Source: an uncultured Ignavibacteriales bacterium
GTDB taxonomy: Bacteria > Zixibacteria > MSB-5A5 > GN15 > JAAZOE01
DNA length: 64,000 bases
Assembly: GCA_964549765.1 (NCBI GenBank)
Contig: CAZJWR010000006.1
Span: 36,487-100,486 of the forward strand
Reading direction: 5' to 3'
Position 1 is the stretch's first letter; each line of letters begins with the position of its first letter. The notes beneath the pieces are model-generated. The model was not told where the DNA came from. It ran no database searches and saw nothing but the letters and a program-made list of their open reading frames with translations. A program made the position numbers and the translations under genes. Below are positions 27,083 to 36,366 of the stretch, in pieces.

Positions 27083-27248
27083 GGGAATAACCTCCCGATT
27101 AATATATGATTAGGTCATTGAGCCACTTGGTCTTCCTCTATTCGACCGCAAATCGGCCCAAGCCGATGTGCAGTAGATTTCCAATAAAGCAATTTCGCCG
27201 TGATTGTCAATATCTGTCTTGAATTTGGCGACGGAAAACGGCGCGGAA

Positions 27249-28604
27249 TCAGACGAAAATTTTGCCGGGATTGAGCAAACCGTCCGAATCGAAGGTATTT
27301 TTTAACCGGCGCATGAAATTGAGAGTGGCCGGGTCGAATTCTCGCGGAAGGAAGTGCTTTTTCGTAATGCCGATGCCGTGCTCGCCGGAAAGGGTGCCAT
27401 CGAGTTCCAGCGTTTTGTCGAACAGCCGCGAAATTCCCTCGTCGGTTTCCCGAAGTTCGCCGTCGCTCCCGGTCATGCCGAGGAAATTGACGTGCAGGTT
27501 GCCGTCGCCGGCGTGACCGTAGCAGTTGATGCGAAGCGAATATTCATCCGAAAGCCGTCCGACGAAAGCAACCAATTCAGGAAGGCGCGATGGCGGGACG
27601 CAGACGTCCTCGGACGTTTTGGATATGGCCGAACTTTTGACGGCGTTGGAGAGGTTGCGGCGCGTTTTCCACAGGAGGTCGCGTTTGACCGGATCGTCAG
27701 CCGTGCGGAGGAGTCCGGGGCGATACTTCTTGCAAATATTGATGATGGCGGCCGCCTCGGCGTCGGCATGCGGACCGTCGGTATCAAACAGGAGCATGGC
27801 CGCGCCGGCGTCGATGCGGTGTTCGGGATCGTATTGGTTGGAGCATTCGATGGCGTCGCGGTCCATGAATTCCAAGGCGCAGGGGACGATGCCGGAACCG
27901 GTGACTTCGGCCACGACCGAGGCGGCGTCGACAGCGTCGGCAAAGGTCGCCTGGATAGTCTGGCCGGGCTGGGGAAGGTCGATCAGGCGCAGCGTGATTT
28001 CGGTGATAATGAACAGGGTGCCCTCGGATCCGATAATGACATCCAGAAGGCCGAACGGCGCGCGGTGGTCGAAGGTAGCGATTTCGCCGTCGGCAAGCAC
28101 GCCACGGACGGCGACGACATAGTCCTTGGTGACACCATATTTTTTGCAGCGAAGGCCGCCCGCGTTTTCGGCGATGTTGCCGCCGATGGTTGATTCTTCG
28201 AAGCTGGCCGGGTCGGGGGGATAAAACAGGCCAACTTTCTCGGCGGCGTTCATGATATCTGCGGTGATGGCGCCGGGACCGACGACGGCGGTCTTATCGT
28301 CGGAATCGATCTTTATCCTGTTCAGTTTTTCGATTGAAATAAGAAGTCCGCCGGAGACGGTCAAGGCGCCGCCCGAATATCCCGTTCCGGCCCCGCGAAG
28401 GATTATCGGCAGATTGTACCGGCGGCAAACGTGAACTGTAGCGAGGATTTCATTCTCGGATTCGGCGAAAAAAAGGGCATCGGGAGGATACGATATTTCG
28501 GTGGCGTCTTTGGTGTATTCGGGGAAGTCGTCGAAATCAAAAAACAGCCGGGCAGCTGGAACGGCCTTCAGGAGAGCTTCTTTGGCAGCCTTTTCGAGAG
28601 CCAT
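27249..28604 (-). CDS. FAD-linked oxidase, glycolate oxidase subunit GlcD / D-lactate dehydrogenase-like
   Basis: RGAGTGYSGGA FAD motif, GHAGDGNLH, GTLSGEHGIG and LNPGKIF motifs of the GlcD/VAO family. Confidence 0.9.
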   Translation of the reverse strand: MALEKAAKEALLKAVPAARLFFDFDDFPEYTKDATEISYPPDALFFAESENEILATVHVCRRYNLPIILRGAGTGYSGGALTVSGGLLISIEKLNRIKIDSDDKTAVVGPGAITADIMNAAEKVGLFYPPDPASFEESTIGGNIAENAGGLRCKKYGVTKDYVVAVRGVLADGEIATFDHRAPFGLLDVIIGSEGTLFIITEITLRLIDLPQPGQTIQATFADAVDAASVVAEVTGSGIVPCALEFMDRDAIECSNQYDPEHRIDAGAAMLLFDTDGPHADAEAAAIINICKKYRPGLLRTADDPVKRDLLWKTRRNLSNAVKSSAISKTSEDVCVPPSRLPELVAFVGRLSDEYSLRINCYGHAGDGNLHVNFLGMTGSDGELRETDEGISRLFDKTLELDGTLSGEHGIGITKKHFLPREFDPATLNFMRRLKNTFDSDGLLNPGKIFV

Positions 28605-28613
28605 GGGGGATTC

Positions 28614-28892
28614 CTATGTCGTCGACTTTCCGGTGTCCGATTTCTTGCTCGTATCTCCCGACGGCGCGATTTTCGACCCCTGGTCTTTTCTCGCGTCCGC
28701 TTTATATGATTCGGATCGGTAATCGGTCGTGTAGAAACCGCTGCCTTTGAGCAGAAAACCAGCGCCGCCGGTGATCAATCGGCGCGGCTTATGACCGCAT
28801 TTGGGGCATTCGGTCAGAGGAGGTTCGGTGATACTCTGGAACTCCTCAAAATCGTATCCGCAATGAGTGCATCGATACTGGTATGTGGGCAT
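28614..28892 (-). CDS. FmdB-family zinc-ribbon protein
   Basis: MPTYQYRCTHCGYDFE ... CPKCG is the canonical CxxC-x-CxxC FmdB regulatory zinc ribbon, followed by a disordered Ser/Lys tail. Confidence 0.85.
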   Translation of the reverse strand: MPTYQYRCTHCGYDFEEFQSITEPPLTECPKCGHKPRRLITGGAGFLLKGSGFYTTDYRSESYKADARKDQGSKIAPSGDTSKKSDTGKSTT

Positions 28893-28987
28893 GTCAATCC
28901 TCGCTGCTTACCACGTATTCCATAAATAAAGTCACGGGTTTGCTTTTCCTCAGCTTATAACCATTCCCGGAAAAATTCGTTCCTTCA

Positions 28988-29980
28988 TCAGCCTTTCATA
29001 AGTACGGCTATGGCCGAGACGTTGACGATATCCTCGGCGGAACATCCACGCGACAAATCATTGCATGGCAGGGTCAGGCCCTGGATGATCGGCCCGGTGG
29101 CGACCGCGCCGGCCATGCGTTCGACCAATTTGTACGCGATATTGCCCGCGTCCAAATCGGGGAAGATCAAGACATTCGCCTTGCCGGCGACCGGCGACCC
29201 GGGCGCTTTCCGTTCGCCGATTTTGGGAATAATGGCGGCATCGGCCTGCAATTCTCCGTCGGCGGGAATATCCGGGTAGTCTTTCTTGAAAATTTCGACT
29301 GCCTTGGTGACTTTGTCGATGTGTTCGTGGCGGGCAGAACCTTTGGTTGAAAACGACAAAAAGGCCACGCGCGGCTCCTCGCCGACAAGCTTCTTCATCG
29401 TGTCGGCGGTTGAGGCCGCGATGGAAGAAAGCTGTTCGGATGTCGGGTTGGGCACGACGGCGCAGTCGGCGAACATGAAGACCTTATCCTGGACGCCGCC
29501 GAATTCGGGCAGGGTCATGAGAAACGACGACGACAGCGTGCTGATGCCGGGAGCCAGCCCGATCACGTGCAGGGCCGCCCGGAGGACATCGCCGGTGGTA
29601 TTGACGGAACCGGCCACGGAGGCGTCGGCTTTTCCGGTTTGCACCAGGGCAGCGCCGAAATACAATTGGTTTTTCATGGCGTCGGCGGCCTTGTCATGAG
29701 TCATGCCTTTGGCCTTGCGGCGTTCGAATAGCACGTCGATGAAAGCATCATAGTCGTCCGAATCGACCGGGTTGACAATATCCACGAGGTTGGCATCAAG
29801 GCCGTGGAGTTCGGCGAGTTTCGAAATTTCGGCGGTGTCCCCGAGGAGAATCACCTTCGCGATTTTTTCCTCGGTCAGAGTCCGCGCGGCCACGACCGCG
29901 CGTTCCTCGGTTCCCTCCGGCAGCACGACGGTTCGTTTTGCCGCCCGGGCTTTATCTTTGATGGCGCTCAGAATATCCAT
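28988..29980 (-). CDS. pta: Phosphate acetyltransferase
   Basis: 330-aa Pta-type sequence: VVLPEGTEERAV, SVNTTGDVLRAAL, ANVLIFPDLDAGNIAYK, GPIIQGL, NDLSRGCS. Confidence 0.93.
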   Translation of the reverse strand: MDILSAIKDKARAAKRTVVLPEGTEERAVVAARTLTEEKIAKVILLGDTAEISKLAELHGLDANLVDIVNPVDSDDYDAFIDVLFERRKAKGMTHDKAADAMKNQLYFGAALVQTGKADASVAGSVNTTGDVLRAALHVIGLAPGISTLSSSFLMTLPEFGGVQDKVFMFADCAVVPNPTSEQLSSIAASTADTMKKLVGEEPRVAFLSFSTKGSARHEHIDKVTKAVEIFKKDYPDIPADGELQADAAIIPKIGERKAPGSPVAGKANVLIFPDLDAGNIAYKLVERMAGAVATGPIIQGLTLPCNDLSRGCSAEDIVNVSAIAVLMKG

Positions 29981-30003
29981 ACCAAATCTCCTTGTCTTAT
30001 ATA

Positions 30004-31114
30004 CTAATCATCACCGGGGTGATGGTTATTGCCCTGCGTGAGATAGGCATTGATGAACATTTCCAGATCGCCATCCATGACCCGTTGAATATCCGAGGTC
30101 TGGACGCCGGTCCGGTGATCTTTGACCAGATTGTAAGGGTGGAAGATGTAGCTCCTGATCTGGCTGCCCCATTCGATTTTTTTCTTGGCGTCCTCGAATC
30201 TTTTCATTTCCTCGTGCTGCTTCTCCTGTTCCAGTTGATACAGACGGGAACGCAACACGCGCATGGCAGACGCCTTATTCTTGTGCTGGCTGCGTTCGGC
30301 CTGGCATTGAACGACGATGCCACTGGGGATATGGGTAATCCGAACCGCCGAGGAGGTTTTATTGACGTGCTGGCCGCCGGCCCCGGAGGCGCGATAGGTG
30401 TCGATGCGGAGATCGGCCTCATTGATATCCACCTTGATATTGTCATCGACTTCGGGGTAGACGTGGATGGAAACGAACGAGGTATGTCGTCGGTTGTTGG
30501 CGTCGAACGGTGAAATGCGCACCAGCCGGTGTACGCCCGATTCCGATTTGAGATGGCCGTAGGCGTATTCGCCCTCGATGGATAGTGTCGCCGACTTTAG
30601 TCCGGCCTCGTCGCCGGCCTGGTAGTCTATCAGGGTGGTTTTGAACCCGTTGGCCTCGGCCCATCGATTGTACATGCGAAACAGCATCTCCGCCCAGTCC
30701 TGGGATTCCGTGCCGCCCGCACCGGGGTGGATGGTGACGATGGCGCCACGACCGTCATCGGGGCCGGAAAGATACGTGTACAATTCGAACGAATCGAGCT
30801 GTCGGGAAAAATCATCCAGGCTCTTGGTGATTTCGGCGAATTCGGCCGGATTGTCGGCGGTAAGTTCGGCCAATTCGGCCAGATCATTGATATCCGCCTG
30901 GAGTTTCTCGAAGTCCGCGACCATTTTTTTATGCGACGCAAGCTGTCGCATAATACTTTGCGCGGTTTCCTGATCGTCCCAGAATCCCGGTTGGATACTC
31001 TGCTTTTCGAGCTTGGTTATCTGTTCGCGGCGGCGGTCGAGGTCAAAGATACCTCCCGATCCTGGATATCCGAGATCGCAATTCGCCCAATAGTCCTGTC
31101 GTTTCGTGTTCCAT
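30004..31114 (-). CDS. prfB: Peptide chain release factor 2, requiring a programmed +1 frameshift
   Basis: Frame 0: ATG 31114 (GGAGGG RBS), MEHETTGLLGELRSRISRIGRYL, then TGA at 31045-31043. The +1 frame from 31044 continues DLDRRREQ... through SPF and the GGQ motif (SGAGGQHVNKT) to the stop at 30004. The ORF track shows only the downstream part (30004-30951). Confidence 0.93.
31042..31057 (-). promoter_or_regulatory. prfB +1 frameshift site with internal Shine-Dalgarno
   Basis: The minus strand reads GGGAGG TAT CTT TGA C, nearly identical to the E. coli prfB recoding site AGGGGG UAU CUU UGA C. Confidence 0.85.
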
Positions 31115-31335
31115 CGTTTTTCCCTCCGGAAAAGGCAATCAAGTTATGACTTTTCTTCGCGCCCGTCAATACCAAAGCAGCCGCCAGTCAAAAATATTAA
31201 ACAATCTTCGCGTCCGGATGTTCTTGGTTCGTATACATATGCGAACGAAATACCGATTTCGGCCCGGACCGGCGGGCGAAATTTCGGTTGCGATTTTCGG
31301 CCGGAGGCGTAGTTTGGAACGATATAGGTGCAGAG

Positions 31336-31971
31336 ATGAAAATCACGACATTAACGGTCAGTGTATTTGCGACCAATTGCTATCTGGTGTACGACGGTAA
31401 AGAGCAAGAAGGAGTCATTATTGATCCGGGTGACGAGGGTGATCGAATCAAGGATGAAATCACACGGCTGAAGTTCAAGCCGGTCGGGATTTTGATAACC
31501 CACGGACACGGTGATCATATCGGGGCGGTAGCGGATTTGAAGGCGGAATACGACGCACTGATTTACGCCGGGCCGAACGCCGAAAAGGTGATCCGTTATT
31601 CCAACAAGGAATTCTTTTCCGCCGTCGGACTCGATGTCACCTGTCCCATGCCGGATACGACATTGACGGAGGATGACACCGTATCATTTGGAGAGTATTC
31701 TTTGCGGGTGATTGAGACGCCGGGACATTCGATCGATGCCATCTGCTTCCATGCTGGCAACAGCCTGTTCTGCGGCGATACGCTCTTTTTCAATTCTGTC
31801 GGGCGCACCGATCTGGGCGGCGGTAATCATGATCAATTGATCGATTCAATCACCGAGAAACTGCTGGTTCTGCCTGATGAGACCGTCTGTTACACCGGCC
31901 ACGGGCCGAGGACGACTATCGGCCAGGAGCGCAAGAACAACCCCTTCCTGATAGGGAGCTTTTTCGACTGA
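31336..31971 (+). CDS. MBL-fold metallo-hydrolase (glyoxalase II-like)
   Basis: THGHGDH (HxHxDH) motif, ETPGHS, and DTLF...GRTD layout. The ATG at 31336 is preferred; the ORF-track start is 31288. Confidence 0.88.
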   Translation: MKITTLTVSVFATNCYLVYDGKEQEGVIIDPGDEGDRIKDEITRLKFKPVGILITHGHGDHIGAVADLKAEYDALIYAGPNAEKVIRYSNKEFFSAVGLDVTCPMPDTTLTEDDTVSFGEYSLRVIETPGHSIDAICFHAGNSLFCGDTLFFNSVGRTDLGGGNHDQLIDSITEKLLVLPDETVCYTGHGPRTTIGQERKNNPFLIGSFFD

Positions 31972-31972
31972 G

Positions 31973-32806
31973 ATGCAACGACTCACGTGCGGCGCCGTAG
32001 CCGACTATCACGTCCATCCCGATTACTCCGTTGACGCCCAAGGGTCGATCGATGATTACTGCCGGGCCGCGATCCATGTCGGCCTACGGGAGATATGCTT
32101 CACGACGCATTACGATGCCGATCCTACCCGGGTCGGGCGCGAAGGGTTTATGGTCATCGAGGGCAGGCGGGAGCCGCTATCCGATGACTGCGTCCGGCAT
32201 TACCTGGATGATGTGAAACAGGCATATGCGGAGTATGGTCCGGCCGGGCTGATGGTTCGGGGTGGGCTGGAATTCGGATATTATCCGGGATGCGAAGAAC
32301 ATATCGCGGAAGTCCAGCGGACGTTTCCGTTGCATTATCGGCTGGGCGCGGTTCATTCCATCGAGGATCATTGCGTATGTTGCCGCGATGAAGCGGCTAA
32401 ATTGTTCGCCAAATTTTCGCTCGAACGCCTCGCCGACCGCTACTTCGAGCGTTTGGAACAGGCGGCGGCTTCGGGGCTGTTCGATTGCCTCGCGCATATC
32501 GACGTCTATCGCCGGTATGGGCTGGCTCATTATGGGGAAAAAATCAAGACCATTCATCGGGGGCGAATCGACAAGCTGTTTGCGACCATGAAAAAGCACG
32601 ACGTCGGTTTCGAGGTCAACACCTCGGCCATCCGGCACGGGTTGCCCGAATATTATCCGTCGATGGAGATTATCAATGACGCGCGCGCTCACGGCGTCCG
32701 GCTGGTAACGCTCGGTTCCGACGCGCATCGTCCCGACCAGATCGCGCTCGATTTCGACACGGCGACGTCGGTGGCGTATGAGTTGATGCCGTACGTTGAT
32801 GAATGA
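31973..32806 (+). CDS. PHP-domain phosphatase, histidinol-phosphatase HisJ family
   Basis: DYHVHPDYSVD N-terminal metal motif, THYD, HID and GSDAH motifs typical of HisJ/PHP. Confidence 0.85.
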   Translation: MQRLTCGAVADYHVHPDYSVDAQGSIDDYCRAAIHVGLREICFTTHYDADPTRVGREGFMVIEGRREPLSDDCVRHYLDDVKQAYAEYGPAGLMVRGGLEFGYYPGCEEHIAEVQRTFPLHYRLGAVHSIEDHCVCCRDEAAKLFAKFSLERLADRYFERLEQAAASGLFDCLAHIDVYRRYGLAHYGEKIKTIHRGRIDKLFATMKKHDVGFEVNTSAIRHGLPEYYPSMEIINDARAHGVRLVTLGSDAHRPDQIALDFDTATSVAYELMPYVDE

Positions 32807-33426
32807 TGATGGATGTGCCGGGCAAAAAGCTGAAACGCGAATTTTATCTGCGCCCGACTCTGCGGGTGGCGTCGGATCTTTTGGGGACAACCATCGTGTA
32901 TCATCATCCCAAAGGCGTGCTGGCCGCGCGTATTGTCGAGACCGAGGCGTATATCGGGGAGGACGATCCCGCCTGCCATGCGGCCGTCGGGCGTACCACA
33001 CGCAACGATGTCATGTACGGCCCGGGGGGATTCGGATATATTTATTTCATCTATGGCATGCACAACTGTTTTAATGTCGTCACCGAACGAAAAGGATTCC
33101 CGGCGGCGGTGCTGATTCGGGCCGTCGAGCCGGTGTCGGGTGGGGACATCATGAAAGCGAATTCGCCCGCCAATAGTCGCATGCTGACCAACGGCCCTGG
33201 CAAGTTCTGCCGGGCGTTCGGTTTGACCCGGCGGCAGAACGGTCTGGATTTGACGGGCCCCGCCCTGTACATAGTAGAGCGGGACGATTACTCACCCGAT
33301 GTCGTCATCACCCGACGGATCGGGATTAGAAAAGGCGCCGAAAAACCGTGGCGGTTTTATGATCGGAATTCGTGGTTTGTCTCCGGCCGGCGTATCACCG
33401 AGACCGAATTAAGCAAGAGAGGATAG
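32803..33426 (+). CDS. DNA-3-methyladenine glycosylase (AAG/MPG family)
   Basis: LLGTTIV, IVETEAYIGEDDPACHA, GFGYIYFIYGMHNCFNVV and NGPGKFCRAFG are family hallmarks. Confidence 0.9.
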   Translation: MMMDVPGKKLKREFYLRPTLRVASDLLGTTIVYHHPKGVLAARIVETEAYIGEDDPACHAAVGRTTRNDVMYGPGGFGYIYFIYGMHNCFNVVTERKGFPAAVLIRAVEPVSGGDIMKANSPANSRMLTNGPGKFCRAFGLTRRQNGLDLTGPALYIVERDDYSPDVVITRRIGIRKGAEKPWRFYDRNSWFVSGRRITETELSKRG

Positions 33427-33428
33427 AT

Positions 33429-34727
33429 ATGGGAATGAAAATGAAAAAAGCGGCAGTGGTGGAGCTGCGGTCGAAAACCATCCCGGTATCCACCTACCAG
33501 TACGTGTTGTATTACCTCGACAGGGCGGCCGAGAAGATCAAGCTCGATCCGAATCTGCTCAAGATCATCGAGGAGCCGCGCAAGGCGACCATCGTCAAAC
33601 TGCCGATTCGCATGGATGACGGATCGTTCCAGATATTCACCGGCTATCGGGTGCAGCATTCCATCGTGCGCGGGCCAGGCAAGGGCGGAATCCGGTATCA
33701 TCCCAATGTCAACCTGGACGAGGTGTCGGCGCTGGCGGCATGGATGACCTGGAAATGCGCCGTCATGGGAATACCTTTCGGCGGGGCCAAAGGCGGCATT
33801 ACCTGCGACCCGAAAAAGCTGTCGCAGGGGGAATTGGAGCGGCTAACACGGCGTTTTACCGCCGATATCATGGATGTCATCGGGCCGGAACGGGATATTC
33901 CGGCGCCGGATGTCAACACCAACGAGCAAATCATGGCGTGGATGATGGACACCTACAGCATGCATTCGCGCAAATGGAACGCGTCGGTGGTCACCGGCAA
34001 ACCGGTCGTCATGGGGGGATCGCGCGGACGGCACGACGCCACCGGAAACGGGGTCGGCATCGCCATCCGTGAAGCGGCCATGAAATTGAAGATGGATTTG
34101 AAGACGTGCACCGCGGCGGTTCAGGGTTTCGGCAACGTGGGATCGATCACGGCCCAGTCATTATCCCGAATGGGTTTAAAAGTCGTTGCCGTCAGCGACG
34201 TCAATGGCGGCTTGGAAAATAAAAAGGGGATCGATATCGAAGCGCTGATCCAGTACACCAAATCCAACAAAGGCACGATTGTCGGATTTCCCGGCGCCAA
34301 GCCATACAACAAAGACAAGATTCTCGGTTACGAGTGCGATATTCTGGTGCCGGCGGCCTTGGAAAATGTGATCACCAAGGAAACCGCTCCCGAAGTGCAG
34401 GCCAAAATCGTCGGCGAAGGCGCCAACGGGCCGACCACGCCGGATGGCGACGATATCTTGTACAAGAACGGTATCACCGTTATTCCCGATATTCTCTGCA
34501 ACGCCGGCGGCGTGACGGTTTCGTATTTCGAATGGGTCCAGGATCGGCTGGGGTATTTCTGGAGCGAGCAGATGGTCAACGACCGTCTCGAAGAACATCT
34601 GGTGCGGGCGTTCGGCGACGTGTACGAAGTCTCCCGCAAGTACAAATGCTCATTGCGGCTGGCGTCTTATATTCTTGCCGTACAGCGGGTCATTGATGTG
34701 TTGCTGTTACGGGGCGTGTATGCCTAA
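33429..34727 (+). CDS. gdhA: Glutamate dehydrogenase (Glu/Leu/Phe/Val dehydrogenase family)
   Basis: GPGKGGIRYHP, WMTWKCAVMGIPFGGAKGG (catalytic Lys region), GFGNVG Rossmann motif, GANGPTT and NAGGVTVSYFEWVQ. The ATG at 33429 comes right after the MPG stop, with an AGAGGA RBS. Confidence 0.93.
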   Translation: MGMKMKKAAVVELRSKTIPVSTYQYVLYYLDRAAEKIKLDPNLLKIIEEPRKATIVKLPIRMDDGSFQIFTGYRVQHSIVRGPGKGGIRYHPNVNLDEVSALAAWMTWKCAVMGIPFGGAKGGITCDPKKLSQGELERLTRRFTADIMDVIGPERDIPAPDVNTNEQIMAWMMDTYSMHSRKWNASVVTGKPVVMGGSRGRHDATGNGVGIAIREAAMKLKMDLKTCTAAVQGFGNVGSITAQSLSRMGLKVVAVSDVNGGLENKKGIDIEALIQYTKSNKGTIVGFPGAKPYNKDKILGYECDILVPAALENVITKETAPEVQAKIVGEGANGPTTPDGDDILYKNGITVIPDILCNAGGVTVSYFEWVQDRLGYFWSEQMVNDRLEEHLVRAFGDVYEVSRKYKCSLRLASYILAVQRVIDVLLLRGVYA

Positions 34728-34740
34728 GGGTAGTTTTTCT

Positions 34741-34769
34741 TTGACATTACCCCCGGGGCTTCGTATTTA
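34741..34769 (+). promoter_or_regulatory. sigma70-like promoter candidate for the S2P gene
   Basis: TTGACA (34741-34746), 17-nt spacer, TATTTA (34764-34769). Confidence 0.45.
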
Positions 34770-34791
34770 GTAGAATCTTGGGGATTTGTAT

Positions 34792-35430
34792 ATGGGAATG
34801 GATATTCGAGCCATAATCATCGCCGCGCCGGTCATCGTCTTTTCACTGACGGTGCACGAGTATTTTCATGCCTATCTGGCCTACCGGTTCGGCGATCCCA
34901 CCGCCAAGGATATGGGGCGATTGACGCTTAACCCACTGGCGCATCTCGACTTATTCGGGACGCTGGTGATGGTGATGTCGAATTTCCGTTTCGGCTGGGC
35001 CAAACCGGTTCCGGTTAATCCCTATAATCTGCGGCATCGCCGTGATGATCTGTGGATTTCGGCCGCCGGGCCGCTGTCGAATTTCGGCCTGGCGTTGATC
35101 TCAGGGATAATTTTCCGCATCATGAACGGCGCCGATTTGCTCGGGCGGGTGTCGGCCATCGATCATATCCTCGTGCAGATGGTGCTGATCAATGTCTTTC
35201 TGGCCTTTTTCAACCTGCTCCCGATGTTTCCCCTCGATGGATCGCATATATTGAGGAATATTCTGCCGGAGGAATATGGTCCCACGGTGGATCAGATCGA
35301 GCGGTTTGCGCCCATGGTATTGCTGTTTTTGATTGTGGGAGGGGCCCTGATCGGCATTCCCTTTATTTCGATAATCCTGCTGCCGTTTGTTCGCCCGGTC
35401 GTCTACCTATTTTCGGGTCTGCAAATATGA
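34792..35430 (+). CDS. Site-2 protease family (M50) membrane metalloprotease
   Basis: HEYFH (HExxH) in the first TM segment and the NLLPMFPLDGSH motif. Polytopic hydrophobic profile. The ORF-track start is TTG at 34786. Confidence 0.85.
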   Translation: MGMDIRAIIIAAPVIVFSLTVHEYFHAYLAYRFGDPTAKDMGRLTLNPLAHLDLFGTLVMVMSNFRFGWAKPVPVNPYNLRHRRDDLWISAAGPLSNFGLALISGIIFRIMNGADLLGRVSAIDHILVQMVLINVFLAFFNLLPMFPLDGSHILRNILPEEYGPTVDQIERFAPMVLLFLIVGGALIGIPFISIILLPFVRPVVYLFSGLQI

Positions 35431-36182
35431 GCCGGCGCTTATTCGTCGTCGCTGCGGTAGTGTCTGTTTTAGTTTCGTCGTGCGCCCCGCCGCCGCCGAT
35501 CGGCAAGACGACTTTGTCGAATTACCGTCTTATCACGACCATGCGTCGGGATCAATTCCGGTCGGCGGCGTTACTCATCGACCTTCGGATCGACGACGCC
35601 GGGAAGAAATATTCGGTGACAACGGAATTGTATTTTTCGGGCGATTCGGTCGGTGTGTACGGCCGGGGATATCTGGGCAAAGGCACTTTCAAGGGAAATA
35701 TCATCGACGACGTGGCGATGATCTATTTTTCGTCGGCGGATGAATATTACACGGCGCCGCTGACCGACCGGGGCGATATCGGCGTCGGGTGCGATACGCC
35801 CGGCGAGGTTTTTCTGTCGGTGCTTTCGCTTTTGGCAGGAAAAGAGGCCGTACGCAAAAACGGCAAAATCGTTTTTCCTGATGAGCATAATCTGGAATTC
35901 GTGACGGGCCGTTTTGATCGGACAGTTCAGGTCAATGGGGACGGTTTCCCCGAGACGGAAAAATTCATCGATTCGGCCTGCGGCGATTCGATTGTATTCG
36001 ACTACTATATGTTCAGCCGGGAATTTCCGTTCTACCGGACGACAGCTTTGCTGTATTATAATTGGCAGAAGGATTTCCGGGTGCGGGGATTCATTCGTGA
36101 ACAGCAATACAATATAGCAATCCCGGACAAGAAGTTTACGGTCGATGTCCCTCCAACGGCCAGAAGGCTGGATTCGCTATGA
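35427..36182 (+). CDS. Lipoprotein (hypothetical; LolB/DUF4292-like size and layout, speculative)
   Basis: The ATG at 35427 overlaps the S2P stop (ATGA). MSRRLFVVAAVVSVLVSSCAPP has a lipobox. The longer ORF-track frame (from 35052) overlaps the S2P gene. Confidence 0.6.
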   Translation: MSRRLFVVAAVVSVLVSSCAPPPPIGKTTLSNYRLITTMRRDQFRSAALLIDLRIDDAGKKYSVTTELYFSGDSVGVYGRGYLGKGTFKGNIIDDVAMIYFSSADEYYTAPLTDRGDIGVGCDTPGEVFLSVLSLLAGKEAVRKNGKIVFPDEHNLEFVTGRFDRTVQVNGDGFPETEKFIDSACGDSIVFDYYMFSREFPFYRTTALLYYNWQKDFRVRGFIREQQYNIAIPDKKFTVDVPPTARRLDSL

Positions 36183-36252
36183 GGAAAGCCTGCACCATCG
36201 TGCCCAAATAATGTTTATGGCCCCGATGTCGTTATTTGCCAGACAATTACAT

Positions 36253-36277
36253 CCCACCCGTGCAAGGCTCGGGTGGG
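36253..36277. repeat. REP-like GC-rich hairpin, copy 2 (ATCCCACCCG family)
   Basis: CCCACCCG-TGCAAGGCT-CGGGTGGG, intergenic, preceded by AT as in the copy at 18325. Confidence 0.5.
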
Positions 36278-36366
36278 CCACCGACGCTGATCTTTATGTG
36301 GCAGATGTTTTGAGAGATTTTAAACCCTGCGGCAACCGTTGACCGGAACAGTCCAATATATTATCT

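Noticed and set aside
25790-27109. 439-aa ORF on the plus strand
   Set aside because: It is antisense to the citrate synthase gene over its full length, with no recognisable motifs. This is a shadow ORF.
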